Origin: Polyangiaceae bacterium
GTDB lineage: Bacteria > Myxococcota_A > Polyangia > Polyangiales > Polyangiaceae
Length of the DNA: 64,000 nt
Direction of reading: 5' to 3'
Assembly: GCA_965222375.1 (NCBI GenBank)
Contig: CBDCTZ010000015.1
Coordinates: forward strand, 1,056,001 to 1,120,000
Shown here piece after piece: positions 1-9,135 of this stretch; positions within the stretch are counted from its first letter, which is position 1, and every line of letters starts with the position of its first letter. Below the pieces are notes generated by a model. That model was not told where the DNA came from. It saw nothing but the letters and a program-made list of their open reading frames with translations, and did no database searches. The position numbers and the translations under genes were made by a program.

Positions 1-2
1 TC

Positions 3-764
3 GTGGATTGCCAGCGTTGCGCCGAACAGATCCGCCTGGACCATGCGATGCGCACGAGCACTCGCCGCGCGGTGCTCGCAGACGTGGAAGTGAGCAGCGC
101 GTTCAAGGCGCGCATTGCAGACGCCCTCGCCGCCGAGCGAGCGCGGGAGCAGGCGCCGGCCCCGCCTCAACCCATGACGCCCCTGTCCTGGCGGAGCATT
201 GCGCCCCTCGCTCTGGCTGCAACGGTCGCGCTCTACTTCGCGGCGGGTCGCTCCAAGTCCGGGGACGCTCTGAACACCGGAGCCTCTGCAAGCGCTCATG
301 CCGGCCTGACCTCCAGTGCCGGCGCCGTCACCGCTGGGGTCGAGCAGCTCATCGACGAATTGGTTTCCCACCACGTGCGTGCCGAAAAGCCGAGTGTCAC
401 CGAGCCCACCCTGGCCCGACGCTTCGAGCCCGAGGTCGGCGTGCCGGTGCGCGTGCCCAGCTTGTATGGCGCACACTGGGAAGGGGCCAGCGTCGTTCCC
501 GTGCGTGGCGCGCGCAACCAACGCGCGGCGTCTCTTCGCTACAACCTGGGCGGTCGCCGCGTGACCCTGTACGTCTACAACTCCAAGCGCGTACCCTTGC
601 GCGCGACCCTGGAGCCCCGCGTCGTCTACAACACGCCCGTGTACGTCGGGTCTCGGCGCGGATACTCCATCGCCGCCGTCGAGCGGCGTGGTGTTGGCTA
701 CGCCGTAGCCACGGACCTGAACGAACCCGAAAGCGCCGAACTCGTCGTCGCTTCCTTGCGGTAG
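3..764 (+). CDS. Membrane-anchored anti-sigma factor (RsiW/ZAS-like), 5'-truncated by window edge
   Basis: N-terminal CxxC (DCQRC) as in the zinc anti-sigma HxxxCxxC motif, one TM segment (IAPLALAATVALYFAA), and a C-terminal extracytoplasmic domain ending GVGYAVATDL typical of myxobacterial anti-sigma factors. Confidence 0.7.
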   Translation: MDCQRCAEQIRLDHAMRTSTRRAVLADVEVSSAFKARIADALAAERAREQAPAPPQPMTPLSWRSIAPLALAATVALYFAAGRSKSGDALNTGASASAHAGLTSSAGAVTAGVEQLIDELVSHHVRAEKPSVTEPTLARRFEPEVGVPVRVPSLYGAHWEGASVVPVRGARNQRAASLRYNLGGRRVTLYVYNSKRVPLRATLEPRVVYNTPVYVGSRRGYSIAAVERRGVGYAVATDLNEPESAELVVASLR

Positions 765-1005
765 TTGCACCTGTCTTGTTGGGTGTTCCGTGGCTTGGCG
801 TCATCGGCCTTTCGCAGACGGCAACCTGCGCGCGAGTTCACGTTGCCGCTTCGCCTTGGCTACGTAGGCGCAGCGGAAGCCTTGGCCAATTGGTCGACTT
901 TCGCTGCGTCCTGGATGCTGCCATCGCGGTACGGGGAGCTGAAGCCGGGTTCGTCCAGCTTTGGAATCGCAACCGCCGCCTGACAAGACCGCTCCACCGA
1001 CGGGC

Positions 1006-1574
1006 TCAGACCCACAGTGCAGCCAAGTCGAGGGGTACCGCGTCGAAGGGTTCGGCCCGGACCTCATCGTCATCGTGCCATGAGCCCACCCGAACCCACG
1101 CTCCGCCGGCAAGTCGAAACACCTCGAGAAGGCGGTCGGTCGGCTCCACAAACACAGGTGGCCCACCCCTTCGCGCGCATAAACGTCCATCTTGTCCGAG
1201 CGGTCCAACTTCCGCGTCGATGAAGCGAGAACTTCGCACACCCAATCGGGCGCGAGTGTGATGAACGCATCGCTTGGAACGGTTGGCATGCGTTCGCGCC
1301 GCCAGCCGTCTAGATCGGGAACCACTATGTCTGGACTCGGACCGAGGTGCAGCTCCGGTTCAAACAACAGAATCCAACCGCCGGGTCCACTGCGCCCCGA
1401 ATCGAATGGCCCATCCAAACTGGCGCCGAGCTTCGTGCTGGCGCGAGCATGGGGCACACCGGGTCGTGGATGAGTGTGCAGAACGCCGTGAATGACCTGA
1501 GCGACCACGTGTGCCGGCGCATCGCGCACATCCTCATACGTTGCCGGAGCCTTCTCTGGCGCGCCCATCGGCAA
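1006..1574 (-). pseudogene. Uma2-family (PD-(D/E)XK) endonuclease, frameshifted
   Basis: Uma2 motifs HPRP...WILLFEPELHLG...VPDLxGWRRERM...PDWVCEVLASST...YAREGV in ORF 801..1574. The expected C-terminus (FVEPTDRLLEVFRL...RAEPFDAVPLDLAALWV*) is in the frame of ORF 1006..1245. One base is missing near 1153-1155 (CTG TG- TTT GTG). Confidence 0.8.
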
Positions 1575-1607
1575 AGGTTAGCACGGCTATCCTCCGCATA
1601 CGGGTTC

Positions 1608-1651
1608 GGTCGCGCGGATGGCCAGGTCGCGCGGATGGCCAGGTCGCGCGG
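1608..1651. repeat. 17-bp tandem repeat (ggtcgcgcggatggcca x2.6), intergenic
   Basis: Read directly; units start at 1608, 1625 and 1642. Confidence 0.85.
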
Positions 1652-1749
1652 TCTGGCTGGCGCGTTGACGTTTGTTTTGGTCGGATGTGCCGGAGCTTGC
1701 CGCCATCGGCGCTTCGTAACGGGCGGGCGTGCGCGCTTCGCTCGCCGCG

Positions 1750-2661
1750 CTACTCCGCCGAGCGGGCGCAGCGGAATGAAATGTGGAAACCCACGCTGCG
1801 GTACGCCGGGCGCCAGTGCTCGGGTGGCGAGGTGGCGCTGCCACCGCGGGTCATGGCTAGGGTTTGGATGGGCCATTCGCAGTCGTCTGGGCAGGGTGGT
1901 GCAAAGGGCGGGTTGGGCGTGTAGTTCACGTCGGCTGGGTAGGCGCCGGGGGAGGGCGCGACCCATTCGGGCGCGCCGCCGATCAGGTCGTACACACCTT
2001 CCGGACTGGGCGGATAGCGGGCGGTTTCGGACAGGCCCTCGTACAGGACTTCGGGAATGGTTCTGCCGCGCATGCCGCAGCGCTCCACGTCGATGTTCGC
2101 GCGATCACAGCTGGGCGCTTCGTCTCCCCATGGATACTCGCGAGTGCCGCCTCCGGTCGCAATCCACTCCCACTCGGCTTCGCGCAGCTGGCGCTTGCCG
2201 AACTTGGCACATGCTTTGTCAAGCGGCGACCGCTGTTTCCACTTCTGAGGGTAGTCCCACCAGTCTGAATAAGCCGAGGATAGCTGCACACGCGGATGGT
2301 GAGTTGCGCCACATTCGATGGCGCCCGAAGGGCAGTTTTCACTTGGGTTCGCGTCTTGGACCGTCACCACGGTCGCATCTACCCAGAAGGGCTCCACGCG
2401 CACCAGGTGCGGCTCATCCGTGAACGGGCAGTCGTCCACGTTGGGCGGCTCTTCCTTTGCCAGCGCCTTGTCGCAGTAGCCGCGCCCCATCAGGAACTCG
2501 CCACCGGCAAAGTAGATCTCCTTGACTCGACACACGCCGTCCACCATCTCGTGGCTGGGCGGGCAGCCACTGGTTGGGTAGCTCGGGTCGTCTTCGGTGC
2601 TACCACCGCAGGCGACGACCACGGGTAGCGCCGTCGCAAGCATCCACAAATCTCGACTCAT
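1750..2661 (-). CDS. SUMF1/FGE-sulfatase-domain lipoprotein
   Basis: Lipobox VVAC; motifs GGEFLMG, PHLVRVEPFWVD, REAEWEWIATGG..REYPWG, SPEGVYDLIG, FRCAR; ATGA overlap with the upstream gene stop. Confidence 0.8.
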   Translation of the reverse strand: MSRDLWMLATALPVVVACGGSTEDDPSYPTSGCPPSHEMVDGVCRVKEIYFAGGEFLMGRGYCDKALAKEEPPNVDDCPFTDEPHLVRVEPFWVDATVVTVQDANPSENCPSGAIECGATHHPRVQLSSAYSDWWDYPQKWKQRSPLDKACAKFGKRQLREAEWEWIATGGGTREYPWGDEAPSCDRANIDVERCGMRGRTIPEVLYEGLSETARYPPSPEGVYDLIGGAPEWVAPSPGAYPADVNYTPNPPFAPPCPDDCEWPIQTLAMTRGGSATSPPEHWRPAYRSVGFHISFRCARSAE

Positions 2662-5498
2662 CGGCGCTTCCTGCGCCTCAGGCCCAGGGCCAGCCCGAGC
2701 AGGAGCCAGCTCCACTGAGTCGAGACTCGTGCGCCTGGCATGCGACACGAGCAGCCCGGAGGCGCAAGTTGGACGGTCATGAACGCCGGTGTCGCTCCTT
2801 GCGTGCTGACCACGCAGGCGCCGGCGTCGTCGGGCCCGCTGCCGGCCAGGCATTGGCGCAGACGATAGTAGACGCGGCCGCTACTTTGAGCTGCCACGCG
2901 CACGGCGTCGCGGAAGCCTTGCTGCGGTGCGGTTGGCCGGAAGAAGCCGTTGGGAGCGCAGTTGAGCCGCGCCATTGGATCGCTGAGCAACTGAGTGCGG
3001 CCGAAGAAGCCTGTCTGCCCGTTGAAACCGGGATTGTCGCTGAGCTCGAGCCAGGTCAGGGTTTGCGGCGGCGCGCCCGGTGGCAGGAACGTATTGTTGT
3101 AGGCAGAACCTGGTGGGGCAAACCCGTCGAATACCGGCATCTGCGCGCCCGGATCATCGGGATCGTCGTCCCAATTCAGCGGGCCAGACAGCGTCAGCGA
3201 CAGACTGCTGAGCTGCAACGCGCTGCTGGCGTTGCAAGCAGGAGCGTCACAACGCACGTCGAGGCGGTCATCGATATCGCCACCGAAAAACACATTGATG
3301 AAATGCAGTGACGGGGAAAAGACGCCCTTTTCCACGAAAGCCGCCCGGGCGGCATATTGGTAGCGGCGCACGGTGTCCGCGGGCTGCGCGGACAGGTACA
3401 CCAGCAACTGCTGGTAGTAGTCGAGCTCGCCATCCGTCAGCTGCTGCAAGGCGCGCTCGGCCTCCAACAGTGGCAAGCCGGCAAGAGTCTTCGTCACGCC
3501 GCCTTGCAGCAAGCGCCGTTGAAACAAGTACATCGCGCCGCTGACGACCCCTTGACGCGCCAGCCCGAACTGCTCGTCGGCAGCTCCGCAGGTGGCATCA
3601 GGGTCATCCCACATGCCAAAGGTGCGATTGTTGCACACGGCCCGCGTGCCGGGCGCAAGCTGCATCGGGCCGTAGCCTTCCCGACTGGCGCAGACCGCAC
3701 CCAGCTGCTCGAGGCTTTGGTCCCAGGCGTAGGACGTGCCGATGGCGCCTCGACCGACCGCCAAGGCGCCGAAGCCATCGGCGGTGCCCTCCAGTATGCG
3801 GACCCGGCGCCGACACTCGGGCTCCGGGGAACAATCGACGTTCATGAAGGGGAACAGGACTTCGACGCCGTTGAAGGGCGTCCAGTTCTCGTCCTCGAAC
3901 AGGCTTTCTTGGATGTGGTGGTGGTACTCGTGTGCAAACAAGGACCCGTCGACCGAGCCATCGAAGGCCACGTCTCCAACAGGTTGCCCGAACTGCGTCG
4001 GACGCACGTCCGACACCTTGACGATGAAACGTCCCGCTCGGCCGCCTCTGTTGAATCTCTGCCCACTCCCTTCGAAACTCCGATTCCAGTGGGCGGTGAG
4101 CTCGGTGCGGAAGCGATCCTGATTGCCCGGCGAGAAGCGCAGGTCGAGAAAGCTGTAGTAGCGCTGGCGCTGACCGGCGTTGGAGAACATCTGCAGCTCT
4201 GCGTGGTGGGCCGGACCGTAGGGTTGTTGCTGCAGCTGCGACGGATCTGCCCTTAGGTAAAGCAGGAACTCATCTCCGAGCGGAAACCCCGTCACGTCCG
4301 TCAGCGTCGAATGCATCGGAGCACCGCCGGGAAAGCTGTCACTGAACACCCAATCCTGAGGCGGCAGCGGGTCTGGGAAGGACGCGGGCGCGCCAGCCGG
4401 GTTCGTGAAGTCATCATCGGAACGGGGCGCGACCACCGGTTGAAGGTATGGATTGCCGCTGCCCGGCGAGCGCAAGATGTCATTGTGGCAGACCGCAAAT
4501 CCGCGCTGTGGCTGCTCGCCACCGAAGCGCTTGCAGCTCGTCAGGCCATCCACGTGACCCATGGTGTCGAGCACCTCGGGGAAACCGAGTCCCACGGGCA
4601 CCGGTGCGGTGATGGCGGGCTTGAAGCCCGACAAGTAGTCGAGATCGTAGCCCGCGAAAGTAAACGCGCGTTCGTTGGAGCCGACGGATAGCACCTCGCC
4701 GTTTCCGTCGATGTGCACGATGAGCTCGTTGCGGCCATCGGAGAGGATGGCGTAGAAACGAGCGACTGCCCGCGCGCCGCGCGCTTCGTACCGGGCGCTG
4801 ATAGTCGCCTGGCTGGTGTCGATTTCCGCGGCGAGCTTCGCGCTCTCCAGCGCGGTGTCTTCGGCGACGTTGAAGGCATCGAAGCGAAGCGGCGTTTCAT
4901 CCGGCAAGCGACAGAACAAGCGGGCGCCAGAGGCTTCGCCGGTCTGCACACTGAGCTGACAGCGCCCAGGGCTGAGCGGCACCTGCTGGTGGAAGAAGCC
5001 AATGTCCCAAAGGGTGTGTGCGTTGCCGTCGCTGCCGAGCTGTCGCCGCGCGGTGACTTGCGGCGCGGCGGGGGCCTCGAGATCGGCCAGCGCGATGGCG
5101 CTCATGACGAGACGGGCCACCTGAGGTTCGCTCACATCGGTGGAGGGCAACTGAATGTCCGTCAGCAGGAAGCCGGGTCGGGGAAAGCCCATCTGCAACG
5201 ACGCTCGTCGAAACGCGCGGCGCGCCTTGGCGCCAAAGCGGCCTCGGCGAAAGCCGGGAGCCTCGCGCACGCCGTGGGAGATCACTGGGCCGAAGGGATC
5301 AGCGGCTCGCTGGTGCTTGCGGTTACGACAGTCGACCCAGGGTTGGTCTGCGCCGTGATCGCCGCCGTCGTCGTTGCCTGCGCCGGGGCCGGAGAGTGGC
5401 TGCGTCAGTCGCGTCGACTCGGACTTCGAGTCGGAGGCGCAAGCGACGGAGCCTACCACCGCGAGAGAGAGAGAGAGCGTCAACGTGATGCGGTGCAT
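2658..5498 (-). CDS. Large secreted zinc metallopeptidase-like protein (gluzincin, M4/M36-like) with MYXO-CTERM tail
   Basis: RBS GGAGG before ATG 5498; lipobox SVAC; propeptide-like region (VHIDGNGEVL); AHEYHH followed by EGTAD; C-terminal GCSCR...WLLLGLALGLRRRKRR. Confidence 0.7.
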   Translation of the reverse strand: MHRITLTLSLSLAVVGSVACASDSKSESTRLTQPLSGPGAGNDDGGDHGADQPWVDCRNRKHQRAADPFGPVISHGVREAPGFRRGRFGAKARRAFRRASLQMGFPRPGFLLTDIQLPSTDVSEPQVARLVMSAIALADLEAPAAPQVTARRQLGSDGNAHTLWDIGFFHQQVPLSPGRCQLSVQTGEASGARLFCRLPDETPLRFDAFNVAEDTALESAKLAAEIDTSQATISARYEARGARAVARFYAILSDGRNELIVHIDGNGEVLSVGSNERAFTFAGYDLDYLSGFKPAITAPVPVGLGFPEVLDTMGHVDGLTSCKRFGGEQPQRGFAVCHNDILRSPGSGNPYLQPVVAPRSDDDFTNPAGAPASFPDPLPPQDWVFSDSFPGGAPMHSTLTDVTGFPLGDEFLLYLRADPSQLQQQPYGPAHHAELQMFSNAGQRQRYYSFLDLRFSPGNQDRFRTELTAHWNRSFEGSGQRFNRGGRAGRFIVKVSDVRPTQFGQPVGDVAFDGSVDGSLFAHEYHHHIQESLFEDENWTPFNGVEVLFPFMNVDCSPEPECRRRVRILEGTADGFGALAVGRGAIGTSYAWDQSLEQLGAVCASREGYGPMQLAPGTRAVCNNRTFGMWDDPDATCGAADEQFGLARQGVVSGAMYLFQRRLLQGGVTKTLAGLPLLEAERALQQLTDGELDYYQQLLVYLSAQPADTVRRYQYAARAAFVEKGVFSPSLHFINVFFGGDIDDRLDVRCDAPACNASSALQLSSLSLTLSGPLNWDDDPDDPGAQMPVFDGFAPPGSAYNNTFLPPGAPPQTLTWLELSDNPGFNGQTGFFGRTQLLSDPMARLNCAPNGFFRPTAPQQGFRDAVRVAAQSSGRVYYRLRQCLAGSGPDDAGACVVSTQGATPAFMTVQLAPPGCSCRMPGARVSTQWSWLLLGLALGLRRRKRR
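5463..5477. repeat. (GA)7G dinucleotide tract inside the signal-peptide coding region
   Basis: gagagagagagagag read directly; encodes LSLSL on the minus strand. Confidence 0.8.
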
Positions 5499-5808
5499 TT
5501 TTCCTCCCCGGAACCTTGGATCCTGTGATTGGAAAGGATGCGCCTCGGCGCGATGGGTTGCAAGCGCCATGGGCATGTGGGAGCGCATGCGACATGTCGC
5601 TGCGGCGCGCGAAAGAGGGCGCCAAGCGCTCTCTGGCGAAGGGGATTTCGTGTTGCGGACAAACTTCTGGACTTGCGGGTGACGCCCTAGCTCGCACCGC
5701 GATGAACCGTCGATGACGGCAGCTTCCGGCACATCCCCCAAAAATCCAGCGGCCAACAGTTAACACGAGCGACCAATACAGTCGGTCCAACTGCGGCGTA
5801 TTCCTCGA

Positions 5809-5824
5809 TGCAGGGAGTTTGCCG
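5809..5824 (-). promoter_or_regulatory. Possible sigma54 -24/-12 element upstream of the peptidase gene
   Basis: Minus strand CGGCAAACTCCCTGCA (GG-N10-GC), but about 310 bp upstream of the ATG. Confidence 0.3.
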
Positions 5825-5925
5825 TCATCGCAGAAAGACGTGTTGAATCATGGGCACCAGGCCCGAAACAACCGGGTCAGATCAATCGAGTCAATGCAAC
5901 TAGCTTCGTGGCTGTCGCCCAAACC

Positions 5926-7590
5926 TTAGCGCACGACCGCGCCGCCGAACTTTCGGGGGTCGGAAGCCGCCAAGGTTTGGCCGTTCCGGAGTGAAAGCAT
6001 TTGCACGGCACTCATCGTGAAGCGCACGGTGCCCACAATCTCGCCTCGGAACGCCAGATCGTCCTTGAGCTTCTGACTGGCTCCCGCTTCCAGCAAGATC
6101 GTCGCCCCCCGATTGGGCACCTGGAATCGAGGCAGCTTCACCGCCGTCTGGGGCTTGAGGTCGAAGGCCAAGGTCGCGACCAAGAGCTGAGTCACATTCG
6201 TCGCGATGGTGGTACCTCCGGAACCGCCCAGGGCAAGCACGGCTTTGCCGTCTTTGACCACGATCGTTGGCGTCATGCTGGACACTGGGCGCGCGCCCGG
6301 GCGGGGACGGTTGGGGCTGACCTTCATCCCAAAGGGCGCGACGTCCTTGGCCTTGGTGAAGTCATCGAGTTCGTCGTTGAGCACAACACCGCTGGCTGAA
6401 GCGACCAGCTTGGATCCAAAGGTCCGATTCACGGTCGTGGTCAGCGAGACCACGTTTCCGTCAGTATCCGAGGTGACCAAGTGGTGCGTTCCGTGTTCCT
6501 CGAGCCCGAATCGAGGCAGGGTGTGAGTGCGATCCACGGCGATCTTGGCTCGGCGCCGCTTCAGGCGCGCCGCCGAGTTGAGCTTCGCGACGTCGACTTT
6601 CGCGTGGTCCGGATCACCCACATGCCGCATGCGATCGGCGATCGCGCCTCGCATGGCTTCGGCCAGGAGGTGCTGATAGGCGCCGCTCTTGCGCCCGAGC
6701 CGAACCAGCTCCGCTTTCGTGTACAGAGCCAAGGTCTGCACGGCCATGAGGCCCCCCGCAGAGGGCGGCGGCATGGTGTAGACGTCGTGCCCGTCCCATT
6801 TTAGATGGAGAGGGGCACGCTCCACGGGGCGATAGCCTGCGAGATCCGCTTCCGTCAGGGCGCCGCCTGCACTGCGGCAACTCGCCACGATGTCTCGAGC
6901 CACCGCGCCCGTGTAGAAAGCCGGTGGGCCGCCGGCCGCGATGAGCTCCAGGGTCTTGGAGAGCTTCGGCCGCGTGATGCGACCACCCACCGCCGCTGGC
7001 TTGCCATTGGGATAGAAGACCCTCGCCAAACCGGGGTCGCGACGCAACTTACTCGCATAGCGCGCGAGAGAGCCCGCGAGCATTTTCCCGACCCCAAAGC
7101 CCTGCTTGGCGGTGCGCGCCGCCGGCTCGACGACGTCTTTCCAGGGCCGCTTCCCATACTTGGAATGGAGCTGATGCAGACCACGCACTTCACCGGGCAC
7201 GCCGGTGTACTTGCCGCGTTGCGCGTGCGCGAAGGGTCGGGATTCGAAGGCCGCCACATCGATGCCCGCGGGCGCGGTCTCACGAAAATCGAGTACGATG
7301 GCGCGCTTTTCCTTTGCAAGCCAGACCACCGCAAAGCCGCCGCCGCCAATGCCGCTCGAGGTCGGGCTCACCACACCGCCCATCAGCGCGGCGGTGACAG
7401 CTCCGTCCACAGCATTGCCCCCGGCTTGCATGACCTTCACCGCAGCGCGACTGGCGAGGATGTTCTCGGTGGCGGCGGCGCGACGTAGGGCCACGGCCTC
7501 GGCGCTGGGAATCGCAGCCAAGAGGGACAGCAGCAACGCGGCCGCCGCGGCCACCCAGCCCAGCCTTACGGCTTGTATGTGGCGAGTCAC
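5926..7590 (-). CDS. ggt: Gamma-glutamyltransferase (secreted)
   Basis: GGNAVDGAV, SGIGGGGF, LDFRETAP, VPGEVRGL, PPPSAGG, HGTHH (Thr nucleophile), LNDELDDF, RPVSSMTP, SDPRK. Confidence 0.95.
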   Translation of the reverse strand: MTRHIQAVRLGWVAAAAALLLSLLAAIPSAEAVALRRAAATENILASRAAVKVMQAGGNAVDGAVTAALMGGVVSPTSSGIGGGGFAVVWLAKEKRAIVLDFRETAPAGIDVAAFESRPFAHAQRGKYTGVPGEVRGLHQLHSKYGKRPWKDVVEPAARTAKQGFGVGKMLAGSLARYASKLRRDPGLARVFYPNGKPAAVGGRITRPKLSKTLELIAAGGPPAFYTGAVARDIVASCRSAGGALTEADLAGYRPVERAPLHLKWDGHDVYTMPPPSAGGLMAVQTLALYTKAELVRLGRKSGAYQHLLAEAMRGAIADRMRHVGDPDHAKVDVAKLNSAARLKRRRAKIAVDRTHTLPRFGLEEHGTHHLVTSDTDGNVVSLTTTVNRTFGSKLVASASGVVLNDELDDFTKAKDVAPFGMKVSPNRPRPGARPVSSMTPTIVVKDGKAVLALGGSGGTTIATNVTQLLVATLAFDLKPQTAVKLPRFQVPNRGATILLEAGASQKLKDDLAFRGEIVGTVRFTMSAVQMLSLRNGQTLAASDPRKFGGAVVR

Positions 7591-7638
7591 ACGAAACTGA
7601 TACGATGCGCGCTCCTGTTTGAAAAGAGGCGACCCAAC

Positions 7639-8592
7639 GTGCGTTTTCTATTCGTAATGGATCCGGCAGAATCCATGCTGCCCGACAAGGATACGAGTTT
7701 CGCGCTCATGCGTGGCGCGATCGCCCGTGGCCACGAAACCTTGCATTGCCTGCCGCAGCAGCTCCTGAACTACGGGCGGGATGTGCGTGCGATCGCTCGA
7801 CCCCTGCGTGTGACCAACTCACCGCCGTACGTGACCATGGGAGAGACTTCCGAGGTCGAGCTAGCCAGTCTAGACGCCGTGCTGATCCGCAAGGACCCAC
7901 CCTTCGACTCGGAATACGGACATCTCACCCAGCAGCTCGATCTGGTGGCGAGGGAAACTCTGGTCGTCAACTCGCCCCGCGGTTTGCGAGACGCGAACGA
8001 AAAACTGTTCGCCTTCCATTTCGCAGAGCACATGCCGAAGAGCCTGGTCACCGCCGAGCCCGAGCGCATTCTGGATTTCCTCGTCGACGTGGGCGGCCGC
8101 GCCGTCCTCAAGCCGCTGGACGGAGCGGGAGGCAGCGGCGTCGTCGCGCTCACCAGTGGCGACCGCAACAACCGCGCCCTGATCGACCTGCTCACCGCAG
8201 AAGGCCGTCAGCTGGCCCTGGTGCAGGAGTTCATCCCCGAAATCAGCGAGGGTGACAAGCGCGTCATCATGCTGCACGGTGAGCCTCTGGGCGCGATCCT
8301 ACGGGTGCCTCGCGCCGACGACATCCGAGCGAACATCCATGTAGGCGGCATCGTGAAGCCCACGGAGCTGACGAAAGAAGAAGACGAGGTCGTTCGAGAC
8401 ATTGGCAAATCCCTGCGAAAGCACGGCCTGTACTTTGTGGGGCTGGACCTGATTGGCGGCCGGCTCATCGAGGTCAACGTCACCAGCCCGACCGGAATAC
8501 AAGAACTCGGTCGTCTGACGGGCACGGGACCGGAACAGGTTGTCGTCGAGTGGTTGGAAAAGCATTCGAAAGATCCGGGCGCACTTCTATAA
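7639..8592 (+). CDS. gshB: Glutathione synthetase
   Basis: FLFVMDP...KDTSFALM, RKDPPFD, LRDANEKL, KPLDGAGG, GDKR, RANIHVGG, EVNVTSPTG; GTG start at 7639 is inferred. Confidence 0.95.
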   Translation: MRFLFVMDPAESMLPDKDTSFALMRGAIARGHETLHCLPQQLLNYGRDVRAIARPLRVTNSPPYVTMGETSEVELASLDAVLIRKDPPFDSEYGHLTQQLDLVARETLVVNSPRGLRDANEKLFAFHFAEHMPKSLVTAEPERILDFLVDVGGRAVLKPLDGAGGSGVVALTSGDRNNRALIDLLTAEGRQLALVQEFIPEISEGDKRVIMLHGEPLGAILRVPRADDIRANIHVGGIVKPTELTKEEDEVVRDIGKSLRKHGLYFVGLDLIGGRLIEVNVTSPTGIQELGRLTGTGPEQVVVEWLEKHSKDPGALL

Positions 8593-8641
8593 CTACCCTC
8601 AAACTTGGCCCGCGGACGTGCACCACCGCAACGTCGAGAGC

Positions 8642-8923
8642 ATGAGGCGCAAGTGTGAAGTTTGTTCCACCCAGGGCTCGAACAGCAGATCCAAGGTGCG
8701 CCGCCTGCTCATCGCCGAGCGCATCGTCGCGCTCTGCGAGGAACATGCGGAAACCGCCAAGAGCTCCGACCCCAAGACGATTGCTGAGCTGCGCGCCTTG
8801 TACGCCGAGGTGAGCGGACGCCGCTCCTTGTTGCCGCGGCGCTCACCGTTGAATCGGCGAGTCTTTCCTGCTCGCCCCGAGGGGCGGCGCTGCAGCGACG
8901 GCCGTCGCGCCCACGACGGCTAA
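8642..8923 (+). CDS. Small basic hypothetical protein with putative Zn site (CxxC...CxxH)
   Basis: MRRKCEVC...LCEEHA with an Arg-rich C-terminus; fills the gap after gshB. Confidence 0.55.
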   Translation: MRRKCEVCSTQGSNSRSKVRRLLIAERIVALCEEHAETAKSSDPKTIAELRALYAEVSGRRSLLPRRSPLNRRVFPARPEGRRCSDGRRAHDG

Positions 8924-9007
8924 GCGTCGGGGTAGTGAAAGGGGCGGGTGAGAGCGCCGGCGAGAGTCCCAGAAGCAGTTGGGCCGCGGCCCTTCTCGAA
9001 CTGCATT

Positions 9008-9030
9008 TCAGAGTTGAGTCGACAACACTG
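9008..9030. repeat. Single palindromic element related to the 56.6-kb array unit
   Basis: TCAGAGTTG-agtcga-CAACACTG here versus the reverse-complemented array core TCAGAGTTG-cggatg-CAACACTG. Confidence 0.6.
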
Positions 9031-9135
9031 AGCAGCGCACGCCGCCGTTTCTGCCCCTAGTGTCTGCATAGTCGGACTTTGGGATGTGAACGGGGCCGCG
9101 GCCTGACCTACAGTGCGAAGGCGTCCATAGCTGTC

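Noticed and set aside
8..2423. Long Arg/Pro-rich ORFs 8..1261, 1325..1966 and 1347..2423
   Set aside because: Shadow frames typical of high-GC DNA, overlapping better-supported genes; the same applies to most alternative ORFs in the track
1750..2661. EgtB ergothioneine enzyme or DGR target protein
   Set aside because: No DinB-like domain; no reverse transcriptase or template repeat seen in the window
5589..5600. Perfect 12-bp palindrome GCGACATGTCGC upstream of the peptidase gene
   Set aside because: Single occurrence, short enough to arise by chance
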